From positions 34,410,001-34,474,000 of the forward strand of contig NC_043000.1 of assembly GCF_006345805.1 (NCBI RefSeq): DNA of 64,000 bases, read 5' to 3'. The translations under genes were made by a program, and so were the position numbers. This document shows, one piece after another, positions 26,506 to 38,784 of this stretch (position 1 is the first letter of the stretch; every line of letters starts with the position of its first letter). A model generated the notes under the pieces. The model ran no database searches. It worked only from the letters and a program-made list of their open reading frames with translations, and was not told the origin of the DNA. Source of the stretch: Octopus sinensis. Taxonomy: Eukaryota.

Positions 26506-26835
26506 ACTAACTAACCGGGCGCTCGGTTTTCTCGAAAGTCGACCTCATCTGAGGTTACCATCAAATATCAGTACAAGATGACGATGTGCCGGAAACCGCT
26601 GTGATCACTCCTTTCGGGCTGTATGAATTCTTACGTACACTCTTTGGCTTGAAAAACGCAGCACAATCCTTCCAACGCTTGATAGACACCGTGTGCAGGG
26701 GTTTTCATTGTGTTTTTGCATGCTTAGATGATATCCTTATTGCAAGCCAAAATGCGAAGCTACAGAAGAAGAACTTGACTCTTTTTGATAGACTGGAACA
26801 GAATGGTTTAGTAATCAACTCTGCTAAGTGTGTTT
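26505..26835 (+). mobile_element. Gypsy RT segment, inverted relative to its RNase H and integrase
   Basis: FSKVDLI*GYHQI...TAVITPFGLYEF...FGLKNAAQSFQR...CLDDILIAS...INSAKC. Confidence 0.88.
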
Positions 26836-27240
26836 CGCCTTTCTTCTTGACTATTCGTGGGTCAAAAGGGTACACAACGTCAGCTATATAGCACATGTGG
26901 TGCATCTTGTCGACTACCACCAGGTCCTCTCTGTTATGCTCTGGCGCTTGATCTGTTTGGGTTGGGAAATCCTACAAGGTTTTACAAGTCTCCGACTCCG
27001 CCTCTGTCTGTGGTTTGTGCTCATACTACGCCTTGCTTCTCTCAAGCCCCCACTTTTCGCAGTTTCTAATATAGCATTTTCGCTACCTGATCGTGTCGCC
27101 ACAACTTGTAGTGGTTTTGGACAGGTCTAGGGCATTCGTTCGCGATATGGCCAATGATTTCGCCTACTCTCTTACAGATGCAGCACAATGGAAACACTTG
27201 CTCATTCCTAAGATTGACCCTCCAATTCATGGCCAGAGCT

Positions 27241-27245
<5 letters not shown>
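26836..27245 (-). mobile_element. R4/Dong CCHC-endonuclease fragment
   Basis: CCICKRVGEIIGHIANEC, WRHDQVA, EHNREDLVVVDK...IADVVYPFD. Confidence 0.8.
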
Positions 27246-27302
<57 letters not shown>

Positions 27303-27309
27303 CATCATT

Positions 27310-28033
27310 TAGTAGTGTTATTTTTATAGCGTGCTTTCACTTCACTGCCGAGCGCAGCTCTGTGTACCTTGGGTATGTTCTGTGATTTGCTGTGATTTGG
27401 TGACTGTATTGAAAATGTTTTGCGTAGGATGTATGCAGTGCCCAGTAGTGCAATTTTCTGTATGTTATATATATTTGTAAGTCCTGGTGTTTTTGTTATG
27501 TATTTGTCTGAATATTTTTTTATCATACCTAATGCGCCTACTATGATAGGAATTGTTTCTGTTTTAAAATTCCACATTCGAGTTACCTCTATTTCCAGGT
27601 CTTTGTATTTTGAAAGTTTCTCCATTTCTTTTAGAGAAACTTTGTCATCTGCTGGTATTGATACATTAATTAGAAAGCAGTTTTTTTCTTCATGATCTCT
27701 GACAACTATATCTGGCCTGTTGGCCTTAATTTCTCAATCTGTGTGTATTAGCATATCCCAGAGTATAATTGCTTTCTCGTTTTCTGTGACCTTTTCTATG
27801 CCATTTTTTTTTCTGTTGTTATTCCATAATGTTGGCATAGCTTCCAGTGTATCTAGGTCCTAACTCTGTCGTGTATGTGAATATATCCCTTCTTAGCCAG
27901 GACTGGGCAGCTAGAGATAATATGATTTATTGTTTCTTGTCCATCTCCACATATTCTGCAGTTACTTGTTATGTTTCTTTTCATTATATGTTTTTGGTAA
28001 TTTCTGGTGAGGAGGCTTTGGTCTTGTGTCGCA

Positions 28034-28035
<2 letters not shown>
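27310..28035 (-). mobile_element. R4/Dong 3' end (same family as 48592-49155)
   Basis: ANRPDIVVRD, EKLSKYKDLEIEVTRMW...PIIVGALG...IQKIALLGTA; flanked by (TAA)n. Confidence 0.9.
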
Positions 28036-28078
<43 letters not shown>

Positions 28079-28199
28079 TATTATTATTATTATTATCATC
28101 ATTATTATTATTATTATTTTATTATTATTATTATTATATTATTATTATTATTATATTATTATATTATTATTATTATTATTATTATATTATTATTATTAT

Positions 28200-28239
<40 letters not shown>

Positions 28240-28240
<1 letters not shown>

Positions 28241-29430
28241 TAGACGTCACACAGTATACAATATCGTGAAGTTGTTGATTGAAGATATTGTCTCTTGAGG
28301 GTTTGTACTGTCTTTCAAGTCCCAACAAGGACCTCAGACACACAGTAATTTGCACAATATTTGTGCAGTCCCAAGTAATGCCGACATATGCAATACATCT
28401 AAGGTATTTCTAAAGTTTTCAGATGTTTTTTTTCAGATTGGGTGCTATTAAACCCAATGCTCCGAGAACAATATGGATAACCTTTATGTTTGACTCTCAT
28501 AGCTGCCTCATCTTAGCGATTTCAATTCTCAGGTCTCCATATTTATAAACCATTTCTCTTTCTTTCATGATGATATGCTGATCTCCTGGCACTGCCATGT
28601 CAGTTATTAGGCACTTTTGTTTGTCCCTCCGAAAGGTTACTGTATCCGGCCTTCGGTGCTCTAACACTTTCTCTGTCTGGAAATCAAAGCCCCAGAGGAT
28701 TTTTGCCTTCTCCCTTTCGTCCATTACTTTTTTCCGGTGTATGTTGGTACCAAGCACCCTTAACCTCATATCCATACTTACGACATAGTAGCTAGTGGAG
28801 ATTTTGGGCTAATTTGTCATGTCTACACTTGTACTTTTTCTGCGCAAGACTTCCACAAGTATTAACAATGTGAGTCACGCTTTCGACCCTCTTCCCACTC
28901 ATTCTGCAGAGGTCCGATGCACTGTGGTATATATTCTTCTTCACTGAGTTAGTATTCAATGCCTGATCCTGGGCAGCGACGATTAGGCTTTCAATATTCT
29001 CCTTGTGAAGCCACCTCCATGATGCTTCCTGGTCTTTTAATTTGTTGATTTTATGGTGGAACTGGCCATGTAATTCCATACGTTGTAGGGTTTCTTCTCT
29101 CACATTGTCTATTCGTGATCGGAATTCAAAAGTACTCTCAAGTCCATTTCTGTTAATTCCTTCTGCATTAGCAGCATACTGTAGCAGGTCTTGTTTGCTA
29201 TTTACCAAATATTCTACCACTTCTTTCACTGTTGATACACATCCGTACGCTAATCAGCCCACGTCCACCTTTACCCCTCTTCCTGTAGAGTCTGTGTACA
29301 TTCGCCTTATGGTGGAGGGCACAATACGTTGTCATTGTCTTTCGGATAGTACGATCGAGTTGGTCAATCTCCGCTCGTGTGCATATCAGGATGGGTGCAC
29401 TATAACGGACTACAGCAACTGCCCATATTA
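28240..29430 (-). mobile_element. R4/Dong 3' portion, further family
   Basis: VHRLYRKRGKGGRGL, LHGQF, ESLIVAAQDQALNTN, CRMSGKRVESVTHIVNTC, RHD, HRRPDTV, ITDMAVPGD. Confidence 0.88.
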
Positions 29431-29431
29431 T

Positions 29432-29882
29432 TGTTGCCTTTGCACAGCTTCTAACGCTGGAGATGTACTACGGTGTCAGCTGTTCACTACCAGTGAACTA
29501 AGGTAACGCCTCTTATTTTTCGAGCAACTTCCGGAGTATTCCAGTGATTCCAAGCAGTGCTGTTTTCTGCAAGTGCTCCACCCTTATTGCAGCCCCTATT
29601 TGTTCCACGTACTTCTCGAGATTTTTGCTCACTGTTCCCAGGTCTCCGACAATTGATACTACTGCTACCTTTTTCATCGACCACAACTGCTTAACTTCCC
29701 AAGCTAACCTGTCATGTCTCTCTGCAGATATAGCCTCGTAATCCAGGTCTTCCGTTATTGGTGTTAGATAGAGCAGCTTTGGGCACGAAAGACTAGGTTG
29801 TTCAACATTCGATGCAATACCAAACAGGTTCATACACTCCATAATCCAAGAATGTGGGATCATATCGTACGCGTTACGATAG

Positions 29883-29885
<3 letters not shown>
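29432..29885 (-). mobile_element. Internally deleted R4/Dong (RT piece plus 3' end) with an inserted Gypsy-derived filler
   Basis: DYRNAYDMIPHSWIMEC joined through 29723-29800 to DRLAWEVKQLWSMKKV...LQKTALLG; 3' UTR matches 58580-58660. Confidence 0.85.
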
Positions 29886-29928
<43 letters not shown>

Positions 29929-29963
29929 CATTATTATTATTATCATCATTATCATTATCATTA

Positions 29964-30021
<58 letters not shown>

Positions 30022-30522
30022 CATTATTATTATTATTGTTGTTATTATTGTTATTGTTGTTTATTGTTGCTGTTGTTGTTGTTATTATTATTAGTAGTAG
30101 TAGTGGTAGTTGTAGCAGCAGCAGTAGCAATAGTCATAAGCTGCTGCTGCTGTCTTTGTTGTCATTGTTTTTATGTTATGATTTCATTATTTTTGGCCAA
30201 TTCTCACGTTGTTGTTAACGTTTATGTTGATGCTGTTATTGTTTTCAATGATTTTTGTTGTTGTAGTTTCGTCTTTATTATTGTTGTTATTCACGAAATT
30301 GTTGTATTTGTTTTTGGTCTAGTTCTTTTTATGGCTATTATTGTTATTAGAGTTGTTATTATTAATGTTGTTATTATTATTATTGTTGTTGTTGTTGTGG
30401 TTGTTGTTATCGTTAATATCTCTCCATATCCCATCTTTGTTTACTTAAGTCTCATTAGTTTTGTTTGTTTACTTGTTGGCATGATTTGATTATTTTTTAT
30501 TCCCCAGTATTCTGATTTTCTC

Positions 30523-30617
<95 letters not shown>

Positions 30618-30619
30618 AT

Positions 30620-30657
30620 ATATATATGTATGTATATACATATATACATATTATATG

Positions 30658-30704
<47 letters not shown>

Positions 30705-31126
30705 GTACATATATATTAATTATATATATATATACATATATATATATTTATATATGTTTATGTATATATATATACTTATATATATGGGTTTATGTACACT
30801 GTAACTAGGTGCTATATATACCGTTTGTATTTGTTTTATATATGTGTGTATATATATATATATGTATATATATATACATAAACATATATACGTATATATA
30901 TGTATATATGTATATTATTAAATATATATGTATATATGTATATATGTATATATATTTATATATATAGATATATATATAATAATATATATATACATATATA
31001 TATGTGTGTATATATATATGTATATATATATATATATATATACATATATACATATATATGTATATATATGTATATATATATATGTATGTATATACATATA
31101 TACATATATATATGCTTATATATATA

Positions 31127-31157
<31 letters not shown>

Positions 31158-31408
31158 CATATGTACATATATATTTAATTATATATATATATACTTATAT
31201 ATATTTATATATGTTTATGTATATATATATACTTATATATATGGGTTTATGTACACTGTAACTAGGTGCTATATATACCGTTTGTATTTGTTTTATATAT
31301 GTGTGTATATATATATATATGTATATATATACATAAACATATATACGTATATATATGTATATATATATATATATTATATATATATGTATATATGTATATA
31401 TGTATATA

Positions 31409-31450
<42 letters not shown>

Positions 31451-31570
31451 TATATGTGTGTATATATATATGTATATTATATATATATATATACATATAT
31501 ACATATATATATGCTTATATAATATATATACATATATATACTTATATTGTTTATGTATATGTGTATATAT

Positions 31571-31604
<34 letters not shown>

Positions 31605-31680
31605 CTTATATATATGGGTTTATATACACTGTAACTAGGTGCTATATATACCGTTTGTATTTGTTTTATATATATATATA
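30620..31680. repeat. Three tandem copies of a unique ~55-bp core within (TA)n-rich units
   Basis: GGGTTTATGTACACTGTAACTAGGTGCTATATATACCGTTTGTATTTG at ~30786, ~31243 and ~31617. Confidence 0.85.
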
Positions 31681-31843
31681 TATATATATAATAGATAGAT
31701 ATATATGTACTGTCTGTATATTTAGGTATCGTGTCACAATGTGTTTTTTGATAAGTGTTTATATGTGTGACAGTGTATGATGTATTATTATTTACTTTTT
31801 GTTTATACTCCATTTTGGCTTATATGTGAGAGTGATATAGAAT

Positions 31844-31877
<34 letters not shown>

Positions 31878-32793
31878 CGAAGATGGTGATGGTGGTGGTA
31901 GTGGTGGTGGTGGTGGTGGTGGTGGTGGGTTTGGTGGCTTTAATAATGATGATGTATTCACGGGTGTGTAACTGTGAGTGGGTGAGAGTGCAGTCGTGTT
32001 TGGTTCCCTCCATTTTTAACATGGCCACCATTATGGGTGTTTGTGTGTGTGTGTACGCATGGGTGTTGGAAGCGGCAGGTGTGTTTCTTTGTTTGTGTGT
32101 TGGTGTGGAGGGGCGGTGGGAGAAACGTCGTAATTGCTGGTGGTGTTGTTGTTGTTGTTGTGATAGAAATGATAACTAAATTAATTAATCAACAACTCAA
32201 TCAGACTAACTATCGTTTTTCAGTCACTGTATGCGCGTGTAAGTGTGTATGTATGCACATTTATGAGTGAGTGTGTGCGTGCATGTGTGTGTGTGTGGAC
32301 GTGAGTGTGTGCGAGCACTCGTCTGTGTCTGTGTCGATATAGATTTTTCTTTACGTTTGTGTGTGTCAGGGATAATAGTTGTGACAGTGTGTCTGTTTGC
32401 GTGTATATATATATATATGTATAACCTATGCACAACACACACTCAGTGACATTGAAATGGACAGCCAAAGTTCTTATAAAACCACAGGGGGTCCAGCAGA
32501 CCAACGGAAATAACACTTCTTCACTCTCAGATATAATGCACACACACACACACACGCACCCACCACACAGACACACACACATACACACATATTTTCTCTC
32601 TGTCTCACTTCCTCCTCACCCACTACTGAAACTATAAAAAGGTTCAAACTACCCACAACTGATGTTTTGATGAAACCCACTAGAATGGGGAGCATAGCGC
32701 TAATCCGAATGATATGATAATATGTAAAAAATGTAATATATAAATAATATCATACAAATATGAACCATCTGATCTGATTACCTCAATTTTTCT

Positions 32794-32869
<76 letters not shown>

Positions 32870-33318
32870 TAAATAATAACAACAATATATAAGTGGCCAG
32901 GAAGTATTAAAAGCGAAAAGGCAAATTCCTAAATTTATGATTCATTATCAATTATAACTGTGGGTAAACGAAATACCAGCGTTGCTAGAAATATCAGTCG
33001 AAAAATACTCAAATAAGCCACCATTTCAATGAAAATTCAAAGGGTTGACGAAAATCGAAGGACGGGAAAAATTTAACTTAACACAGCGGTTGTAAGCCAC
33101 AAATGAGGATCACAGATAAACCTATATAACGAGATTTCGACTTCTGAGATATTACCCTTAGTTCTCATCAGTGGGTCTCGCTGTTAGCCGAGAGCTTAAT
33201 ATATGCTTGCTTCGTCATAACAGTCAAAATCGTTGAAAGACCAGCGTCAAATTCAAAGGATATTAATGTATAATTATACATAAATAAATAAATAAATATT
33301 ATTATTATTATTATTATT

Positions 33319-33368
<50 letters not shown>

Positions 33369-33428
33369 ATCATCATCATCATCATTATTATTATTATTAT
33401 TATTATATTATTATTATTATTATTAATA

Positions 33429-33481
<53 letters not shown>

Positions 33482-33512
33482 TAATAATAATAATAATGAT
33501 GATGATGATGAC

Positions 33513-33575
<63 letters not shown>

Positions 33576-33939
33576 AATAATAATAGTAATAATAATAATT
33601 TTCATTCAATCAAGATACCCTTGGCCTGAAGAGTAGCCTGCGGTATACACCACGCTTGGATATTTACCATTTCCGAGGTTCCGCTCGCTATGAAACATAT
33701 GTAACCCGGATCTTATCAACTACATTTCTTATCTCCTATATTCTTATTCACATACCTGGCAACCCTGGCTGCCAACCGTGAATTATATAGCATTTTTTTT
33801 TCAGCTTACAATACTTCGATACGGAAAAAATCCACAACCTTCCGCCTCAATAAATCAATATTGTTCCGGAAAGTCATATTTTCTTCGGTTTGCTTGGAGC
33901 TAACCTTCTTCCTACACCTCGATTCTTGAATCTTACATT

Positions 33940-33986
<47 letters not shown>

Positions 33987-34019
33987 AGTGTTTTGCGGTT
34001 CTATATATATAATTATATA

Positions 34020-34057
<38 letters not shown>

Positions 34058-34058
<1 letters not shown>

Positions 34059-34235
34059 GGTCCCGGGTTGATTCGGGGTTAACCACAGTAAATAAGGTAC
34101 TCAATACATAGCAGAGTAAAATTAATTTATTATATAGAAGGAGCTTCTACAGGACTAGAACTGTTTCATTCAACTGAAGATTTCTCTTGAATGAAACAGT
34201 TCTAGTCCTGTAGAAGCTCCTTCTATATAATAAAT
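34058..34235. mobile_element. Probable Penelope-like terminal repeat with 49-bp perfect inverted duplication
   Basis: Arms 34125-34173 and 34187-34235; the plus strand reads CTGAAGA-TTTCTCTTGAAT-GAAAC-AGTTCTA-GTC (hammerhead-like). Confidence 0.6.
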
Positions 34236-34277
34236 ATATATATATATATGTATATATATATTTATATAAATAATATG

Positions 34278-34308
<31 letters not shown>

Positions 34309-34663
34309 ATGTATATATATACATATATACATACACGTATGTATATACCAACATATATATGTATATACACATGCGTATATGGGTAGGGGACGTCATAAAA
34401 CGTAAACAACATGAAATACGAAATACGAGAACATGGAATACGAACTTTTTTTGCGAACAACGAAAGAAACAAATGGAAAATAAGACAAGAAACATAAAGA
34501 ACGACCCTTGGCACCGCAAAACACTGGCATTTTAGGATAATTTAATATATAATGGACGATATAGAACTTTTATTATTATTGCGACACTTTTCTTGTCGAC
34601 TTGGCACTCATCGTGTTTTTAAAGATTCACTTGGAAAGGAAAGTGCGAGTGGGGAGGGAACTG

Positions 34664-34715
<52 letters not shown>

Positions 34716-35036
34716 GTGAATTTGTAAAAACGTGGGTCAATGGACTTACTGTAACCATAGATTGGAGAATTGGAGAATAAGGTGAGTGAAGATTCCAGGA
34801 TAATCCTGGATTTGTGGGGTTCCTTGATTGGCTCAAGCTGGAGCTTCTCTTGTATCAGCAGGAATACGTTGTTCATGCTACATTGTATGCTATGGGTACT
34901 TTTATCTCATTTCACCGTCTTTTTCCTTTCTTACCCCTCCCCCATCTTTTATATAAACCCTCGAACATATAAACTGTCTTTGTGATGTCCCCCTCATATC
35001 ATGCTCCTGTGGCAATTAAAATAAATCACCACCACC

Positions 35037-35070
<34 letters not shown>

Positions 35071-35094
35071 TCGTCGTCGTCTCCTATCTTTTCA

Positions 35095-35620
35095 GTTCCT
35101 TGGCTCACTGAGCCTCAACAATTATTTTCTTCATTAACCACAACTTTGCATTTCTCTCTTCAGAGATTCATGTCTGATCAGTTTTTTTTCCTTCTTTTGC
35201 GGTGATTCTGCTGTCCCCAAGATACACAGTGCCTATGTTCCGGCATGATTTTTCTCTCTTGTGTTCCAGCACAATTTTTGGGCTTCCAGTATTCAATTCC
35301 ATGATCACACATCTGGTTCACGAAATCCAAAGTTTCTTTGCTCCGTCATATTCTATCTCATTCTTTGGTTCTTACCATTTCCCTGCTCTTTCTAATCCAA
35401 ACATGTTACATAGATACCATTGGATCATTCTGCTGATATTGTCATTCCATATATTTTCTATGAGACAGTTTGGCGCTGCCTTTACTTAAATTATGTCACA
35501 CTGTCTTTCCACTTTCTCTACACGCTCTGTATTTGTCAAATGGTCAAATCCATGTATGATGGAGTTTGTTCTCAATGTTTGTTCCTGTGCTGTGCATATT
35601 AAGGCTTTGTTTCAGTGTTC
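35095..35620 (-). mobile_element. Highly degenerate R4/Dong 3' fragment
   Basis: ALICTAQEQTLRTN motif on the minus strand; the rest is heavily mutated. Confidence 0.55.
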
Positions 35621-35664
35621 AGAACGCATTTTTTTATAATCATGTCGGACTGAATGTTTAGTGA

Positions 35665-35818
35665 CATTTCTTCAGGCTTTGCGTTCAAATTCCGTCGAGG
35701 CTCACTTTGCCTTTCCTCCTTTCGGAGTGACAAAATAAGTTGAGCCCTGGAGTCGATGTAATCGACTTATCCCTCCTCTGAACTTAGCAGGCCTCGTGCC
35801 ACAATGTGAAACTAATAG
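35665..35818 (+). mobile_element. tRNA-SINE with Meta/MESC-like core, third tail type
   Basis: GTTCAAATTCCGTCGAGG...CTTTGCCTTTCCTCCTTTCGG...GTCGATGTAATCGACTT; tail GAACTTAGCAGGCCTCGTGCCACAATGTGAAAC. Confidence 0.7.
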
Positions 35819-35916
35819 TGAGAGTAAAGAGTTTGAAAAACCACAAAGTACTCTTGGTCTGAGAGTACCAAACACTCATATAGACAGTATATATAAATAA
35901 ATAAATATATATATAT

Positions 35917-35964
<48 letters not shown>

Positions 35965-35974
35965 CTATTAAGTT

Positions 35975-36029
35975 AGACATGGCCTGGGCCAATAATGGCC
36001 GAAACCTATCAAAGTATCAAAGTATCAAA

Positions 36030-36031
<2 letters not shown>
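35975..36031 (+). mobile_element. Very short LINE 3' end with (TATCAAAG)3 tail
   Basis: Hairpin GGCCA-ATAA-TGGCC, then GAAACC and an 8-bp repeat tail as in CR1/L2-group elements. Confidence 0.4.
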
Positions 36032-36061
<30 letters not shown>

Positions 36062-36076
<15 letters not shown>

Positions 36077-36330
36077 TGAGAATGTGTCTGTCTGTCTGTC
36101 TGTCTGTGTGTTTCCCTAAAACTTGAGAACTACACAACCAATTTTATTCAAATTTTACACATGCCTTACTTAGGGTCCGGGGAGTGTCATGGGCAAAGAA
36201 AAATGTTCAACTTCTTGCCTAGAGCGAGCCCATAGCAATATCATATCTTCTCCACTATTTCAGTATTACGTGTTAAAAGTGAAACAAAAACATTTCTCTA
36301 TTTTATGTCAGATGTTTTCACTTTAACAAT
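36062..36330 (+). mobile_element. Helitron-like 5' region, copy 1
   Basis: TATATAAAACTGAGAATGTG(TCTG)n...CAACCAATTTTATTCAAATTTTACAC; direct repeat of 44272-44530. Confidence 0.6.
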
Positions 36331-36549
36331 AAAAATAATAATAACAATTGAATTATATGTAGTAAATAATAATTAAAATCAAACTAAAGTATAATATAAT
36401 CGTAACATAACAAAAGTAAAAATAGCAATTGGTATAAAATTGCATCAATGATTTGAACTTGAATAAGTGGAATCACATGAATGGGAATAAATTAAAAATA
36501 AAATTAGTGTGCAGAAATGGAATAGTCCAGATGGATAATAAAAAATTAA

Positions 36550-36612
36550 ATTAAAGAAAAGACTATTGTCTATAAAGTATACAATGTAGAGAAAAAAGAA
36601 CATTTGAACAAC
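36550..36612 (+). pseudogene. Old Tx1-family ORF1 remnant, left half of the interrupted target
   Basis: IKEKTIVYKVYNVEKKEHLNN continues in frame at 43787 (LEESTFEKC) if one AACAAC is kept. Confidence 0.75.
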
Positions 36613-38533
36613 GCGTCGGAATCTATCCACGTGTGTTGTGAGTTATTTGTATGTGAAAATTGGAAAAAAAAAACTTAAAAATTGTCAAAAAATTGAATCG
36701 CGCGAGGCGTTTGCCGCTACGTGTTTGAACCTTTTATAGAAAGTGTGTCGACCCTCAAGTCATGGAGACTTACGCGGGGGTCGCCACAACAAAAAGTGAC
36801 GAGTCTCTTAGAATAAAAGAAGTGTTCTTTAGAAAAGAACAATTGAAGGAATACGAGAAGTTCGTCAAAAGGGAGGGTGACAGCGTGAAGCTGGTCCCGC
36901 CTGTGGAAACAATAGAAGAGAAAAATAACATGACGATAACGTATAGAACGCAAGATAGAAACACGAGAAAACTGGTGAGAGTGACGATTGAAGAAATAGA
37001 GAAATGTCTGGGGGACATCATGAAAAAAGCGACTTTTGTAGACAGAGGAAAGAAATATGGTACGGTGGAGGTGAGATGCGCAACAAAGGAAGTGGCGGCC
37101 TCATTGGCTTCCACTGTCCTGAAAGCGGAAAATTTCACCATGTGGCCGACGTATAAAGGAAGACGAGGGGTACGGGTAAGAGTCCCAAAGGTGCCCCCAA
37201 ATATTAAAACAGAAATGCTGGTAACAGCCATTATTGGGGCAGCAAAAGAGGAAGTAGAAATAGGGTCAATTAAGGAGACGAACGTTGTAAATTGGAAGGG
37301 ATTCGGAGTAGAGTTGTGGCTGATGGCCACAATGGAAGACATCGAAAGATTTCCCTTCCAAATAGAATAGAAAACGAGAAAACAATTAGTGTAATAGTGG
37401 AAGGCAGAAAACCGAATTGCTACCTGTGCGGGTCAAGAGGGCACATAAAAAAGGAATGTCCGCTGTATGAATTCACAGCGGAGCAAAAAGAGACACAAAG
37501 TGGAGAGAAGGAAAACGAACACGAAGGAAAGAACAGCGAAAACAAGGAAAAGGAAATAACGGAGAAACAACAAGAGAAGGGAAGTAACAGCGCACTGAAG
37601 GAAAATGAAAACAAAGGGAAGAAGATAGTAGAAAAGGAGCAAAATTCACAGGGTGCAGAAGTAGTGGAGAAGGAGCCAAGGCAGAAGCAAGAGAAAGAAA
37701 AGGAAAGTACATTAAAGGAAAGAGAAAAAGCAGGAAAAGAACAAGAGAAGGAACAGAACCAAGAGAAAGGAAAAGATGGTATGCAAAAAGGAAAAGAAAC
37801 AACAGGAAAGGAACTTAAGGCACAGGGTAGAGAGACGGCAGACAAAGAGCCAAAAAGACAAGAGAAGGAAAAAGAAAGAAGAGAAAGCAAAAAGAGAGAA
37901 AGAGAGAAACCGAGGGAGAGAAAAAAGAGGAAGTAAGTCCTAAGAGAAAAACTAGAGAAAACGTAGGTACGAATAGAAAATTCAAATACTATGGAACGTT
38001 GATCCATCACAGGCACTGTGAGGAGATGGAAGATTTAATAAACGTAACAAACGGATATACGTGGGTCAGGATGGGCACCGAATGGAAAGAAACAGGTGCA
38101 CTCGTCCACGAGAACGACGCCGAGGCGTTCATCGAGGCAGCTGGCAAGAACGTGTCAAAACATATGAAATGCCGACTTACAAGGTGGCCTCGAACGATGG
38201 AAGTTTACTCAGATTTGGTAGACATAATGGAGTATATATAAAAGAAAAGGTATTGTGAAAACTTTAATTTGGAAATGATAAAAAGAACTTTAAATTCTGA
38301 AAAAAAAAAAAGAAATGTTGAACTTTGTAAAACTTTTGAAATGTATGTTGAAAATGTAAAAAATGTTTTATTTGGAAAATATTGTTGACGAATAAAAAAC
38401 AAATGACGAAATGTAACCGCTCGATTTCGGGGAGCGAGTGGGCATTACACCACATTGTACAAACTTCATAATTCATTATTCATTTTCCCGATTGTATTGT
38501 CCCATCTATGTAGCCCCTAGTGGGTAATAATAA
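36613..38533 (+). mobile_element. ORF1-only non-autonomous Tx1-like retroelement (element A)
   Basis: Starts GCGTCGGAA like element B, encodes only ORF1, ends with a ~45-nt 3' terminus nearly identical to B's, and is flanked by AACAAC. Confidence 0.85.
36762..38241 (+). CDS. Gag-like ORF1 of element A (two frameshifts, near 37365 and before 37921)
   Basis: RRM-like RGKKYGTVEVR, zinc knuckle VEGRKPNCYLCGSRGHIKKEC, K/E-rich linker, C-terminal domain ending DIMEYI*. Confidence 0.8.
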
Positions 38534-38784
38534 AACAACGCGTCGGAAATCAATTTTTTGCGTTATTAGTAAGTTGATATATTTTTGCTCTCGTACTATT
38601 ATCTCTGTTATTATATACTGTTGGTCTACCTGTTTTGCCTATTGTTGTCTAACTGACGAAGTCAGCCTTCGCGCGAAGACTTCGCGTTGGTGTTCCCCCC
38701 TCAGTGGGGGAAAACTACAATTAATTTGGATTTACCAAAGGCTTCTTAAAGCCATTTGTTCAAGATGGAGTCTCTTATTCGCCC

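Noticed and set aside
33121-33177. Minus-strand CTGATGA...GAAA hammerhead candidate
   Set aside because: Stems I and III do not pair convincingly; at best a decayed remnant.
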